Position numbers and translations under genes: made by a program
Assembly (NCBI GenBank): GCA_049968255.1
Contig: JBMFRB010000006.1
Location: 135,800-199,799, forward strand
DNA length: 64,000 nt
Direction of reading: 5' to 3'
From: Candidatus Sumerlaeaceae bacterium
Lineage (GTDB): Bacteria > Sumerlaeota > Sumerlaeia > Sumerlaeales > Sumerlaeaceae
Notes under the pieces: model-generated
What the model was told of the DNA's origin: nothing
The model's database searches: none
The model's input: the letters and a program-made list of their open reading frames with translations, nothing else
Shown here: positions 9,341-19,221 of the stretch, in pieces
Layout: each line of letters begins with the position of its first letter
Position numbering within the stretch: position 1 is the first letter of the stretch

Positions 9341-10321
9341 ATGTTACGATTACGGTGCATAGCCCGCCTTTGTTTTCTCCCCATCAGTGTGATGTTGCTC
9401 CATGCTGCTGCATGCGAAGCGGCCACGACTTCGCCACTGAGTTCTTTTCTCGTGCCATGGGGTGACAGGCCAGAGCAGCTTGGCCTGATCACCGGCAAAG
9501 AGGTTGAGAATGTAGGGCCGCTGACTTTTGCTCTTTCGCCTCAGGGCGAACTTTATGTCGCGGACACGGTCCATCGACAGATCAAGCGATGGCAGCCTGA
9601 TGGATCGTTTGACGGAGTCGTCATGGAACAAGTTCGTCCCACGGCAATGCGCTTTGATAGTCGGGGGCTGCTGCTTCTCCTCATTGGCCATAGAGTGGAG
9701 ATCTGCTCGTCGACAGGTCAGCACATTGGCGACCTCCTCGTGCCGGAAAACGTCCCCCTGGTTGAAGGATATGGCCAGGATGTGTGGGCGGAAAATGGGC
9801 TCATTTGTGTGAATGATCCTGACGAGAACGTCTACTGCTTCGATCCGGAAAAGGATTTAGCACCAACGACCGCTCCCTTGATTTTGGCCGGGAGGCCTGC
9901 AGGTGAAGGGAAGCGAATCCTGGTTTGCCGCAACGCGCAAGGCATTCAGGCTCGGCGGCTTATGGCCGCCAAGGCCAGAATGCTGGCGCAGGAAGCTGCA
10001 ATTCGGGGTGCTGGCGAAATCGTGATGAGTGCCCATGTCGCGCAACGCTACAGCGGAGCGCACATGGGTGCAGTTCTCTTTCGGGGGTTTTTGAAACGCG
10101 ATGATGCCTTCGTTTTCGAGACCGAGGAGATCGTGGGGCGTGATGTGCATCTCGTGATGAAAGCGTTACGCAATGGCAAGATCACGAGCTCGCTCGACTT
10201 GCCTAATCGCTACTTTACAACGGTTTACAAAAAGATCGCCCTGGCACCGGACGAGAGCGTTTGGCAAATGTTGCCCAGTGCTGACGGTGTGAAATTTCTG
10301 CGCTGGGAGGTGGGCCAATGA
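9341..10321 (+). CDS. Secreted hypothetical protein, NHL/beta-propeller-like
   Basis: Signal-peptide-like N-terminus; GP..FALSPQGELYVADTVHRQI resembles an NHL repeat; ATGA overlap with the next gene. Confidence 0.6.
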   Translation: MLRLRCIARLCFLPISVMLLHAAACEAATTSPLSSFLVPWGDRPEQLGLITGKEVENVGPLTFALSPQGELYVADTVHRQIKRWQPDGSFDGVVMEQVRPTAMRFDSRGLLLLLIGHRVEICSSTGQHIGDLLVPENVPLVEGYGQDVWAENGLICVNDPDENVYCFDPEKDLAPTTAPLILAGRPAGEGKRILVCRNAQGIQARRLMAAKARMLAQEAAIRGAGEIVMSAHVAQRYSGAHMGAVLFRGFLKRDDAFVFETEEIVGRDVHLVMKALRNGKITSSLDLPNRYFTTVYKKIALAPDESVWQMLPSADGVKFLRWEVGQ

Positions 10322-11928
10322 GAGGGCGCGGAGAACTGCTGGCGGGAGTGTTCGCAGCGCTCGGAGTTCAACAAGTTTTGGCCGTCCCCGACACGATGGC
10401 TCGCGATCAAATTATTGAGATCGCTTATGAAGCTCAACTTTTGAAATGGTACTGCGAGACTTACAACATCTACTCGGGCGTGGCAAACGCCACGTGCCCA
10501 TACTCAGCTCCAGGTTGGCAGCAGGGGATTTCGTATAAATGGGGTGGGACCGACACACGCGACAGCTTCTGGAAAAACGTGGTCACAAACCACGGCTGGG
10601 CCGGCGACACAAACAGTGCGGCAATCGTCAGTGGAACTTATGGCGACGATTGCTCGGGCTACGCGTCGAATTGCTTGCGCTCGGGGCGCTACACGACAAG
10701 CTCGTTCCCGAGCATCTGCACGCAGGTGACCTACACGAGCATCGCACCGGGCGATCTTATGAACAACGCCGGCTCGCACGTGAGAATCTTCGAGAAGTAC
10801 ACGGGCACGAATCTCACAATGTTGCTCGAATGTACGACAGGTGTTTCGCCCGGACGCGTGACGCGGCGAGTGCTTGCGACGGATTCGAACTACGTGCCGC
10901 TGCGCTATAATTACGTCGTGGCATGGCCCTCTTTGACGAAGGTGGTGGCGGGCAGCGGTGGGAGCGCAACAGTCGAATTCCTTGGGGCAGCAACAACCGG
11001 TTTCCGCGTTTACACATCAACGGATGCCGCCACATGGAGCTTGGCGGCGAACGAGACGTTGCTGGGCCCGCAAAGCCAGCAGTGCACATTGAGCGGTCTC
11101 CAGCCGGGCACGACGTACTTTGTTCGGGTGACGGCAGTGAACGGCTCGACCGAGACCTCGCCTTCCCCGGTGTTGGCTATGCGAATTGCGCCAGCTGCGA
11201 AAAAAATTCTGCTCGTGAATGGTTACGATCGTTGGACCCGCAAGACCGAGTCGGGCGGCAATGCACACACATTTCTTGTTCGAGACGCCAAACCGCTGGC
11301 TACGCTCGGCTTTGCCTTCGACAGTGTTGACAACCTTCGCGTACTAGACCGCAGCATGTCGCTCAGTTCGTACGATGCCGTGTGGTGGTTGCTTGGTGAC
11401 GAGTCGAGCACCGATGATGCGCTGAGTTATCAGGAGCAACTGGCCCTGCAGGATTATCTCGAGGCAGGGGGCAATTTGTTCATTTCTGGGTCGGAACTTT
11501 TGTATGACCTTGTGGCAAAAGCGAATACGATCAACGATCTCGCCTTCGTCCAGAATTACCTGAAATGTGGTTATGCGAGCGATGGAACGGCTGGCAACGG
11601 CTATGCTTTTACGGGCGTGGCTGGCTCGGTTTTTCAGGGGCTTGCTGGCAGCTTTGACAACGGAAGCAGCGGCACGTTCAACGTGTACTATCCCGACGTA
11701 CTAACGCCGCAAGGGGCCTCCGTGGCGGTACTGCAATATGCGACCGGCGGCACAGCAGGGATCCAATACACGGGGACTGTCGGCAATGGGAGCAAGTCGG
11801 CAAAAATCTGTTTAGCTGGATTTCCGTTTGAGACGATTACGAGTGAAAGCGTTCGCTTCGAGTTTGCGAGACGTGTAGCCAATTTCTTCTTTGCTCCGAC
11901 AGAAGTCGGGAATTGGAAAGTTTATTGA
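10318..11928 (+). CDS. Secreted multidomain protein: NlpC/P60-like cysteine hydrolase + fibronectin III + C-terminal alpha/beta domain
   Basis: YKWGG...DDCSGY...PGDLM...HVRIF; FN3 LSGLQPGTTYFVRVTAVN...S; then ILLVNGYDR...YLEAGGNLFISG. Ends TEVGNWKVY. Confidence 0.7.
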   Translation: MRGRGELLAGVFAALGVQQVLAVPDTMARDQIIEIAYEAQLLKWYCETYNIYSGVANATCPYSAPGWQQGISYKWGGTDTRDSFWKNVVTNHGWAGDTNSAAIVSGTYGDDCSGYASNCLRSGRYTTSSFPSICTQVTYTSIAPGDLMNNAGSHVRIFEKYTGTNLTMLLECTTGVSPGRVTRRVLATDSNYVPLRYNYVVAWPSLTKVVAGSGGSATVEFLGAATTGFRVYTSTDAATWSLAANETLLGPQSQQCTLSGLQPGTTYFVRVTAVNGSTETSPSPVLAMRIAPAAKKILLVNGYDRWTRKTESGGNAHTFLVRDAKPLATLGFAFDSVDNLRVLDRSMSLSSYDAVWWLLGDESSTDDALSYQEQLALQDYLEAGGNLFISGSELLYDLVAKANTINDLAFVQNYLKCGYASDGTAGNGYAFTGVAGSVFQGLAGSFDNGSSGTFNVYYPDVLTPQGASVAVLQYATGGTAGIQYTGTVGNGSKSAKICLAGFPFETITSESVRFEFARRVANFFFAPTEVGNWKVY

Positions 11929-11985
11929 GAGAGGTTTCTGGTGCACTCCTAGTGTGGTGCCTTCGCAGGAGAGACGACGCTGGAA

Positions 11986-12324
11986 ATGAAACTGCAGGAA
12001 TTTTGTGTCAATCATCCAACGAAAAAAGCGGTTCAGCACTGCAAGCAGTGCGGCCAACCGCTGTGCTCTGATTGCCGGCTTCTCCTGGCTGAAGGGACCT
12101 TTTGCAGTGACGGGTGCCATCGAGAATTTCTTGAGCTCCGGCAAAACATTCTCGACACAAGAGGACCGCGCCGCCACTTCTCGTTTATCGCGCTCCTCAA
12201 GCATCTTTTTCTTGCAGCAATTCTCATCGCTTTTATTGCTGGTGTCCTTTACTGGTGGTTAGGCACACTAGATCCGGCCGAAATGTGGCGCAAACTTTAT
12301 AACGATTTCCGACTCATGTTTTGA
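11986..12324 (+). CDS. B-box-like Zn-finger protein with a C-terminal TM helix
   Basis: CVNHP....VQHCKQCGQPLCSDC.......FCSDGC followed by a hydrophobic helix. Confidence 0.7.
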   Translation: MKLQEFCVNHPTKKAVQHCKQCGQPLCSDCRLLLAEGTFCSDGCHREFLELRQNILDTRGPRRHFSFIALLKHLFLAAILIAFIAGVLYWWLGTLDPAEMWRKLYNDFRLMF

Positions 12325-12422
12325 AGTTTGTGAGTGGCGCACTCGAGAGGCGACACGACGGGTGACACCAGCCACAGCGGAAGAGCGCAACCTAGATGAT
12401 CAACATGCTCCTTTTTCTTCCG

Positions 12423-14354
12423 TTACTGTTTCACACGGTAAAGACGAGCGGTGGTTTGTGGCGTCGAAAGGTTAACCGGTTCCAGGACAGTGGACCAAGC
12501 TGGCCACTGGGCCAGCTTCCTGGGCGAGACGATGACGTGTGTCACTCCCCTATCCGAAAGGAAAAGTCTCACGTCCTGCCCATCGGATACTCCGAGATTA
12601 GTCAGATGCCTGAAAAAATCTAAATCGTCGTCGACCCAAATGTATTTTCTATTCAGATAAAAGGGATAAGCACTGTCAGGAAATAACACGGTTGCGTGGG
12701 AAGGTAGTAATTGATTCGCTGCATCGTAAAGCCAGATATTCTCGAGCTGATAGGGCTTGGTGCTTAGATAAACAAGCCGTTCTTTGTGGCGCAGGATTGG
12801 CCGGTAAGGCCAATTGATTGTTTTGTAGTGCCCCCACTCGATTTGGCGTGCGGCGTAAATATACGATAACAGCATGATGCCCGCTAGCAGGGCAAATCGC
12901 TTCAGCGCAGGCGTCGCAAGCGAACTTTCTTCGAAATGGGCCACTCGCGCTGCGACGAAGACAAACGCTGCAGGAAAGCAGACAGAAAAGTACTTTATTG
13001 TTTCGCAGAAGCCCCTGCTCCAGAAAAACACAACCCACTGCAGGACGGCTATAACACCGATCGCACGCCAAAGTTTGTGGCGCGAGACAATCAAGCCCAG
13101 CCCAAGTGATGCGTGGAAGAGAACACCCGGCGACCTCGCCACCATGGCATAGGTCAATTTGTTGGGAATGTTGCGACACACCTCTGCAAAACCTTGGAGG
13201 GAGAGAGGGTACATCGTGTTGATTGCGAGGTTACGTCGCGTCAGAGCGAATTCAGGTTTGAGCGGCAAGAGGTCACGAAAAAGGGGGAAAAACGGATTGC
13301 CCGCACCGTAGAAAATACTGCGAACGCTCCAGACCAATAGTGGGATCGCAGCGATGCAGAGGAAGAGGAGAAAGTCTATGGCACCTTGCCAAACTTTTGC
13401 ACCTGACCGATGCTCCGCCGGCACTGAGCGCATGGGCATACCAAGAGTGTTGACCACCAGCACAGCCGCGACGGGCAAAAGCACATAACCAAGCACTGTT
13501 AGCTTCGTCACAACGCCCCAACCGAGGAGCCATGCGGCTGCGTTGCGTTGAGCCCGATGACGCGGGTGGTCGTCGTCGTAGCGAAGCGTGTCGAGTGCTG
13601 CGAGGACGCCAAGAGTGGCAAACATGGCCGCCATGAGATCAGAACCCGTGTTGATGGGCACAAACCAAACATAGGTGGCATAAGCGGTGGCGCAGAGAAA
13701 CCAGCCCCACAGTGCAGCCCGCCAGCCAAACCAGTCACGTGCGTAAGCTGCCACACCCGTAAAGGTGAGAAGGCCAAAAACCGCGTAGAGGATGGAACAG
13801 TCAATTTCATCCCCAATGGACAAGGCATAAGCGTAAAGCAGGGAACCATGCAGATTGTATCCCGACGGATAGACAGTTGGCCAGGCGTAGGGGGCGTGCC
13901 AATGCAGCCAAGCACGTGCGCATGATAGGTGATACCACAGTGAATCCTGCGAGGCATCGGGCGCCAATGCGCCGATCGTGACGTTGGCCAGGCATAAGGC
14001 GGACACCGTGATGATCAACCAGTGGTGGGAACTGAGTTGCCGCATGCTAAAGCCTAGTGGCAAGGAGGCGAAACGAAAAGAAAGTCGAGCACGCCACGCT
14101 ACTGCGACAAAAGCGGCGGTAGCCATGAAGAGAACTACTTGCAAAACCGTCGGCGAAAGGGCGCGCGTGAGGCCCAGCAAGAGGGCAACCAAACCGAGCA
14201 TGCCGAAACCATGGGCAATGGTCTGTACGACGGCGATGGAACGCGGCAGGAGCGACGCGCTGCTTCGCGTACAGAGCCAACCAACTCCAAAGGCTCCCGT
14301 GAGTATGACGATTGCTCTGCCTGCGTAAGCGAGCAGCAGTAAGAATGTTTCCAT
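12423..14354 (-). CDS. GT-C-like polytopic membrane protein (putative glycosyltransferase)
   Basis: PDASQDSLWYHL loop motif, D....F, K, GNPFFP; many TM segments. Confidence 0.65.
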   Translation of the reverse strand: METFLLLLAYAGRAIVILTGAFGVGWLCTRSSASLLPRSIAVVQTIAHGFGMLGLVALLLGLTRALSPTVLQVVLFMATAAFVAVAWRARLSFRFASLPLGFSMRQLSSHHWLIITVSALCLANVTIGALAPDASQDSLWYHLSCARAWLHWHAPYAWPTVYPSGYNLHGSLLYAYALSIGDEIDCSILYAVFGLLTFTGVAAYARDWFGWRAALWGWFLCATAYATYVWFVPINTGSDLMAAMFATLGVLAALDTLRYDDDHPRHRAQRNAAAWLLGWGVVTKLTVLGYVLLPVAAVLVVNTLGMPMRSVPAEHRSGAKVWQGAIDFLLFLCIAAIPLLVWSVRSIFYGAGNPFFPLFRDLLPLKPEFALTRRNLAINTMYPLSLQGFAEVCRNIPNKLTYAMVARSPGVLFHASLGLGLIVSRHKLWRAIGVIAVLQWVVFFWSRGFCETIKYFSVCFPAAFVFVAARVAHFEESSLATPALKRFALLAGIMLLSYIYAARQIEWGHYKTINWPYRPILRHKERLVYLSTKPYQLENIWLYDAANQLLPSHATVLFPDSAYPFYLNRKYIWVDDDLDFFRHLTNLGVSDGQDVRLFLSDRGVTHVIVSPRKLAQWPAWSTVLEPVNLSTPQTTARLYRVKQ

Positions 14355-14412
14355 CGTATCTTTTCCGCTTGCTGCACCGCAGCAAAATGCTGTGGCAGTT
14401 CAGCAACTGCGC

Positions 14413-16263
14413 TCAGAAGAGATCCGGAATTTTTGTCATGTCGACTTCGACTTCGTCGGGCCGGGGTGGCACAGGTCGCGCTTTGATAAAGGGGCCGGTG
14501 ACCATTTCCTTGTAGCTTGCTCCTGGTCCTACCATAGGAAAGACGCTTGCGTCGGGATCAATGACGACTTCGAGCAGCGCTGGCCCATCGTACTCGACAA
14601 ATTCTTTCAGCATTTTGGGGACATTGTTTTTCTCGGTCACGCGTTTCGCAAACTCGAAGCCATCTGCCCGTGCCGCTTCGATGAAATCCTTCTTTCGAAG
14701 CGATTTGTCGCTGGCCATGAAACGCTTGCCAAAATACAAGCGCTGCCACTGACGGACCATGCCGTCGCCGTAGTTATTGAGGAGCAGGACTTTGACAGGC
14801 AGATTATAAGTGGTGACTGTCTCGAGTTCGCCGAGGTTCATCCGAAGGCTGCCGTCGCCATCAACGTCTATCACGAGTTTGCTGGGATTGGCGAATTGGG
14901 CGCCTATCGCGGCAGGCAGACCAAAGCCCATCGTGCCCATGCTGCCGGACGTCAGCCATGTGCGAGGAGTGTGGAAATCGAGATACTGGGCGCCCCACAT
15001 CTGGTGCTGGCCGACGCCAGTTGTAATGATCGCATTGCCCTGAATGATCTCGTTGAGCACTTCCATGACGTACTGGGGCTGGATGAGCGGCGAAGTGCGA
15101 TCATAGTTCAATGCATACTCGCGCTTGAGCATCGCAATGTGCTCATGCCATTTGCGTAAGTCTTTTTGGAAGTGTCGGCCGTACTCGACCAAATCCGCGA
15201 GCGCTCGCTTTAGCGGCCCGACGTGGCTCCACGTCACCGCTTTCACTTTGCCAATTTCCGCGGGATCTATGTCGAGGTGAGCTATGTCGCGAGCATTTGG
15301 TGCGAACTCGGCTACCTTACCGGCAACACGATCATCGAAGCGCGCCCCGACCGCGATGAGAAAATCGCAATCCTCTACGGCATAATTGGCGTAAGCGGTG
15401 CCGTGCATGCCGAGCATCTTGAGCGAGAGTTGAGCCCGCGTGTCTACGGCGCCGATTCCCATGAGAGTTGTCGTCACAGGGATGCCGAAACGCTCGCTGA
15501 ATCGACGGAGTTCAGCGGCTGCCGCGCCATTGATGACGCCTCCCCCTGCGTAAATGAGTGGCCGTTCAGAGCGCGCTAACATTTTAAAAAATTCTTTTGC
15601 CTGCTCTTTTGTGATACGCGCTTCTTCTAAGGCAGCCATCCGTTCGCGGTATCCGCGCAGCTCGAGCACTCCCTCGGCTTTGAAAACCCCGCTCCAGTTT
15701 TGGACATCCTTCGGCACATCGATCACCACGGGCCCTGGGCGGCCGGAGCGAGCGATTTCAAACGCCGTGCGCACCGTTGCTTCAAGTTCTTCTGGATCCT
15801 TGACGAGAAAGACATGTTTTGCACAGGCGCTCATGATGTTGAAAACTGGTGCTTCCTGGAACGCATCTGTGCCGATGGCACTACGGGGCACTTGGCCGCT
15901 GATCATGACGACCGGCACGGAGTCGGCCATGCAGTCGCGGATGGGAGTCACCGTATTTGTGGCACCCGGCCCCGAGGTGACAATGAACACCCCAACTTTA
16001 CCGCTTGACCGCGCGTAGCCAGCGGCCATGAACCCCGCGCCTTGCTCGTTTGCGGGAACGATGAATTGAATCGCGTCCCTACCGCCTTTCGCATGTTCTG
16101 CGTTGTAGCGAAAAATGGCATCGTAAGTGGGAAGGATAGCACCGCCACTATAACCGAAAACTGTGTCCACGCCTTCATCAGCGAGAATTTGGGCGATCAT
16201 TTCAGCGCCCGTCATCGTTTTGCCAGCAAGAGGATGCTTCTTAGCTCGGGGCTTTGTCGTCAT
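14413..16263 (-). CDS. ilvB: Acetolactate synthase large subunit
   Basis: FGYSGGAILP, EQGAGFMA.GYAR, TSGPGATN, GTDAFQE, MLGMHG, RFDDRV, GQHQMW, ThDP motif GDGSLRMN...NN. Alternative TTG start at 16293. Confidence 0.95.
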   Translation of the reverse strand: MTTKPRAKKHPLAGKTMTGAEMIAQILADEGVDTVFGYSGGAILPTYDAIFRYNAEHAKGGRDAIQFIVPANEQGAGFMAAGYARSSGKVGVFIVTSGPGATNTVTPIRDCMADSVPVVMISGQVPRSAIGTDAFQEAPVFNIMSACAKHVFLVKDPEELEATVRTAFEIARSGRPGPVVIDVPKDVQNWSGVFKAEGVLELRGYRERMAALEEARITKEQAKEFFKMLARSERPLIYAGGGVINGAAAAELRRFSERFGIPVTTTLMGIGAVDTRAQLSLKMLGMHGTAYANYAVEDCDFLIAVGARFDDRVAGKVAEFAPNARDIAHLDIDPAEIGKVKAVTWSHVGPLKRALADLVEYGRHFQKDLRKWHEHIAMLKREYALNYDRTSPLIQPQYVMEVLNEIIQGNAIITTGVGQHQMWGAQYLDFHTPRTWLTSGSMGTMGFGLPAAIGAQFANPSKLVIDVDGDGSLRMNLGELETVTTYNLPVKVLLLNNYGDGMVRQWQRLYFGKRFMASDKSLRKKDFIEAARADGFEFAKRVTEKNNVPKMLKEFVEYDGPALLEVVIDPDASVFPMVGPGASYKEMVTGPFIKARPVPPRPDEVEVDMTKIPDLF

Positions 16264-16439
16264 TGTCGCAAACTCATTCGTTGTGAGAATCAACTTTTCG
16301 GGCTTCTGCCCTCTAGCTGCATTCTGTTGGATGGATTAGTTCGGAGCGAACACAAGACTTCAACTTGAAATTCTGGCGCTCGAGACATGAAGCTACAAAA
16401 GCTGCGGGCAAGCATGCACAGCAAAGGAGGGTGCAAACT

Positions 16440-16706
16440 ATGTTGCGCGTTGAGAAACTTCTTGTGGTGGCGATTGTCGTAGCGTTAGCGGATTTTGCGG
16501 TTCGGATCGCGGGCATCGGCGCCATGCGGCATTTCCCTCAAGATCTGGAAATTGTTTCCCATGCACAAGCGCAGGCGCCGATTATTGGGGTTTCGCTTCT
16601 GCCGCGGTATGTGATCACCACGAACCAGAATGGCAATCTGATCTACGTTTGGGAGGATCAGGGCAAGGGCTACGAAGCCAAGACTTATTATGCCTCGCCA
16701 CGTTGA
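16440..16706 (+). CDS. Small exported or membrane-anchored hypothetical protein
   Basis: Strong RBS AAAGGAGG before ATG 16440; N-terminal hydrophobic segment. Confidence 0.6.
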   Translation: MLRVEKLLVVAIVVALADFAVRIAGIGAMRHFPQDLEIVSHAQAQAPIIGVSLLPRYVITTNQNGNLIYVWEDQGKGYEAKTYYASPR

Positions 16707-16732
16707 GGGCCGAAAATGGGGCAAGGCCCACG

Positions 16733-17524
16733 TCACTGAAAGGAAAGGCGCTGGACGGCGGTGCGGGCAACACGCCAGAGGAAGATGACGTTGCCAAAGA
16801 GGTAGCGGCGCCAGAGGCGGCGTGGCTCGAGCAGGAGTCGGAAAAACCATTCGAGTCCTGCTTTGCGCATCCACAGCGGTGCACGCCAGCGATAGCCGGA
16901 ATAGTACTCGAAAAGGGCGCCGACGCACCAGATTGTTCGCGCCCCCAATTGGTGGCGGTGTTGCCATGCCCAACGTTCTTGGCGAGGCACCCCCATTCCT
17001 ACGATGAGGATATCGGGTGCGGCATTGCGTACATCGGCAATCACTTGCGCGTCTTCGGCGTCAGAGAAAAAGCCATGGTGGGTCCCGCAGATGTCGAGCT
17101 CGGGCACTTGCGTCTTTAATCGGCCTGCGGCGCCCGCTGCCACACCGGGCGCCGAACCGAGCAGAAACACACGCAATCCATGTCGGGCAGCGCGCTGGCA
17201 AAACTGGATGAAGAAGTCCCCGGCATTCACACGTTCAGGGACAGGGTCGCCGATCCAACGCGATGCCCAGACCAGAGCCTGGCCGTCGGCGTAAACGAGA
17301 TCGGCGTCGCAAAGAATTTGCCGATAGTCGGCCCATTGCTGCGACAAGTTTGAGCAGTAGGCATTAAGATACGTCACAAAAAAGGGGGGAAGGGTGGGGT
17401 GCTGGCGTCGTTTAGAGGTCTCGGAGACTACAAGCTCGACGAACTCTTCCGTGGTGATGGCGCAGAGGGGGACGCCAAGAAAATTGGCCCGACGGAACGT
17501 TTTGTGGTTAGCGATTTTCTGCAT
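16733..17524 (-). CDS. WecG/TagA/CpsF family glycosyltransferase (GT26)
   Basis: ADLVYADGQ, PERVNAGD, GTHHGFF, VGMGVPRQE.W, RAP.WMRKAGLEWFFRL..EPRRLWRRY. Confidence 0.92.
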   Translation of the reverse strand: MQKIANHKTFRRANFLGVPLCAITTEEFVELVVSETSKRRQHPTLPPFFVTYLNAYCSNLSQQWADYRQILCDADLVYADGQALVWASRWIGDPVPERVNAGDFFIQFCQRAARHGLRVFLLGSAPGVAAGAAGRLKTQVPELDICGTHHGFFSDAEDAQVIADVRNAAPDILIVGMGVPRQERWAWQHRHQLGARTIWCVGALFEYYSGYRWRAPLWMRKAGLEWFFRLLLEPRRLWRRYLFGNVIFLWRVARTAVQRLSFQ

Positions 17525-18362
17525 GGGAAGCTGGCTCGCGTGGCGATTCACCTTCCAGTGGCGAAAGTTGGGCTTTCTTTGTGAGCTCGCGTTTGCGTGC
17601 TTCAACGTGTGATGTGTCTATGTAGAATCGCTCGCCCAAATAGTATTTTCGTGCTTCGGGGCTGTTGACAAGCTCTTCGGCATTTCCGGAGAGCATGACG
17701 CGACCTTCGAAGATGATGTAGGAGCGATCTGTCACGCTCAGAGTTTCACGCACATTGTGATCGGTGATGAGGATCCCGAGGCCGCGCGCCTGCATGTGGA
17801 AAATGATGTCCTGCAATTCCTCCACAGCTTTGGGATCGACGCCGGAAAAGGGTTCATCGAGAAGGATGAAGTCGGGTTCGTGCACGAGAGCGCGGGCAAT
17901 TTCCACGCGACGACGCTCGCCACCTGAGAGTGTGTAGGCACGACTCTTTGCTAGGTGAGCAATGCCTAGCTCTTCAAGGAGCAGTTGCAGGCGCTCGCGC
18001 TGCTGGGCACGACTGAGGGTAGTGGTTTCGAGAATTGCAGCGATGTTTTCTTCAACAGTGAGCTTGCGGAAAATGGACATGTCCTGGGCCAGGTAGCCAA
18101 TGCCAAGGCGCGCCCGCCGATGCATAGGTAGTTCTGTGATATCTAGATCCCCGAGGTAGATGCGGCCTGAAGTGGGACGGAGAAAGCCCACAATCATGTT
18201 GAACGTTGTGGATTTGCCTGCACCGTTGGCGCCAAGCAGCCCCACGATTTCACCTTTGCGCAGTTCGATGGAAACGCCATCAACAACGCGGCGTCCACTG
18301 AATTCCTTCACAAGTTCTTTCGTCCGAAGATGAGGCAATTCTGGCCTTCCTTCCTCAGCCAA
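17508..18362 (-). CDS. lptB: LPS export ABC transporter ATP-binding protein
   Basis: GEIVGLLGANGAGKST, LPMHRRARLGIGYL.Q..SIFRKLTVEEN, LSGGERRRVEIARAL, LITDHNVRETL, YLGE.F. Confidence 0.93.
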   Translation of the reverse strand: MAEEGRPELPHLRTKELVKEFSGRRVVDGVSIELRKGEIVGLLGANGAGKSTTFNMIVGFLRPTSGRIYLGDLDITELPMHRRARLGIGYLAQDMSIFRKLTVEENIAAILETTTLSRAQQRERLQLLLEELGIAHLAKSRAYTLSGGERRRVEIARALVHEPDFILLDEPFSGVDPKAVEELQDIIFHMQARGLGILITDHNVRETLSVTDRSYIIFEGRVMLSGNAEELVNSPEARKYYLGERFYIDTSHVEARKRELTKKAQLSPLEGESPREPASHAENR

Positions 18363-18451
18363 GCTTCAGCCACTTTAAGTGGGCACACACTGACCAACTC
18401 GAATTCCATTGTTGATTCAGACCTTCTGTCCATGGAAAACGAACGCACTCG

Positions 18452-18985
18452 ATGGGCAGCATATTCACACCATACCGTAAACGCATCTCCGCGATCCGCT
18501 GGGTGGTGTCCACTGTTGTCGTGTTTGCGCTGGTGTGGATTTGGGCACTTTTCCTGCGCGGCGATTTGAGAAGTTTCAAGTTAATCTCGGCGAGCATGGA
18601 GCCAACACTGTGGGTAGGCGACTACGTGCTGACGCGGCCAGCAGAATCTGTCGACAAGCTGCGGGGAAGTGTCATTGCGTTCGAAGACCCGACTCAGCGC
18701 GGAGAAATCGTGACGAAGCGAGTCGTGGGGTTACCAGGCGATCGGGTCACTGTGGTTGGCCCGAGCGTGATTGTGAATCACTCAGTTATCCCCATGCCAT
18801 GGAAGCGCGTACGCGCAGCAGGGATCACGAGCTTGGTGGTTCCGCGGGACCACGTGTTCGTTCTAGGTGACAACCGTGCGAACAGTGTGGACAGCCTCGA
18901 CTATGGACCGGTGCCGGCCGATCGCATCGTCGGAGTCGTTTTCTTCCGCTATTGGCCCTGGACCAGAATTGGCCGCGTCAAATGA
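18452..18985 (+). CDS. lepB: Signal peptidase I (S26)
   Basis: SASMEPTL (catalytic Ser), KRVVGLPGD (catalytic Lys), VLGDNR.NS.DS, FRYWP. Confidence 0.9.
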   Translation: MGSIFTPYRKRISAIRWVVSTVVVFALVWIWALFLRGDLRSFKLISASMEPTLWVGDYVLTRPAESVDKLRGSVIAFEDPTQRGEIVTKRVVGLPGDRVTVVGPSVIVNHSVIPMPWKRVRAAGITSLVVPRDHVFVLGDNRANSVDSLDYGPVPADRIVGVVFFRYWPWTRIGRVK

Positions 18986-19221
18986 CGTTCCTCTGGTCGT
19001 GAGGTGCGCACGGGTCTCCGTCCTATCAGTCCCAAACGCGACGCCATGAGCTGCCCGTACAAATGAGGCGCTGCCAGGTTGATATGCTCATCGAGCGAAG
19101 CCCTCGAGGGGCGGCGCAAAGTCTGAAGCTCGGCCCCGCAACGCGTAGCGAGGTGTTTTTTCGCTGTGGGTCAAACGATCCGATCTCACGCCATAGGCAT
19201 AATCGCATGAAAAGGAGGCCA

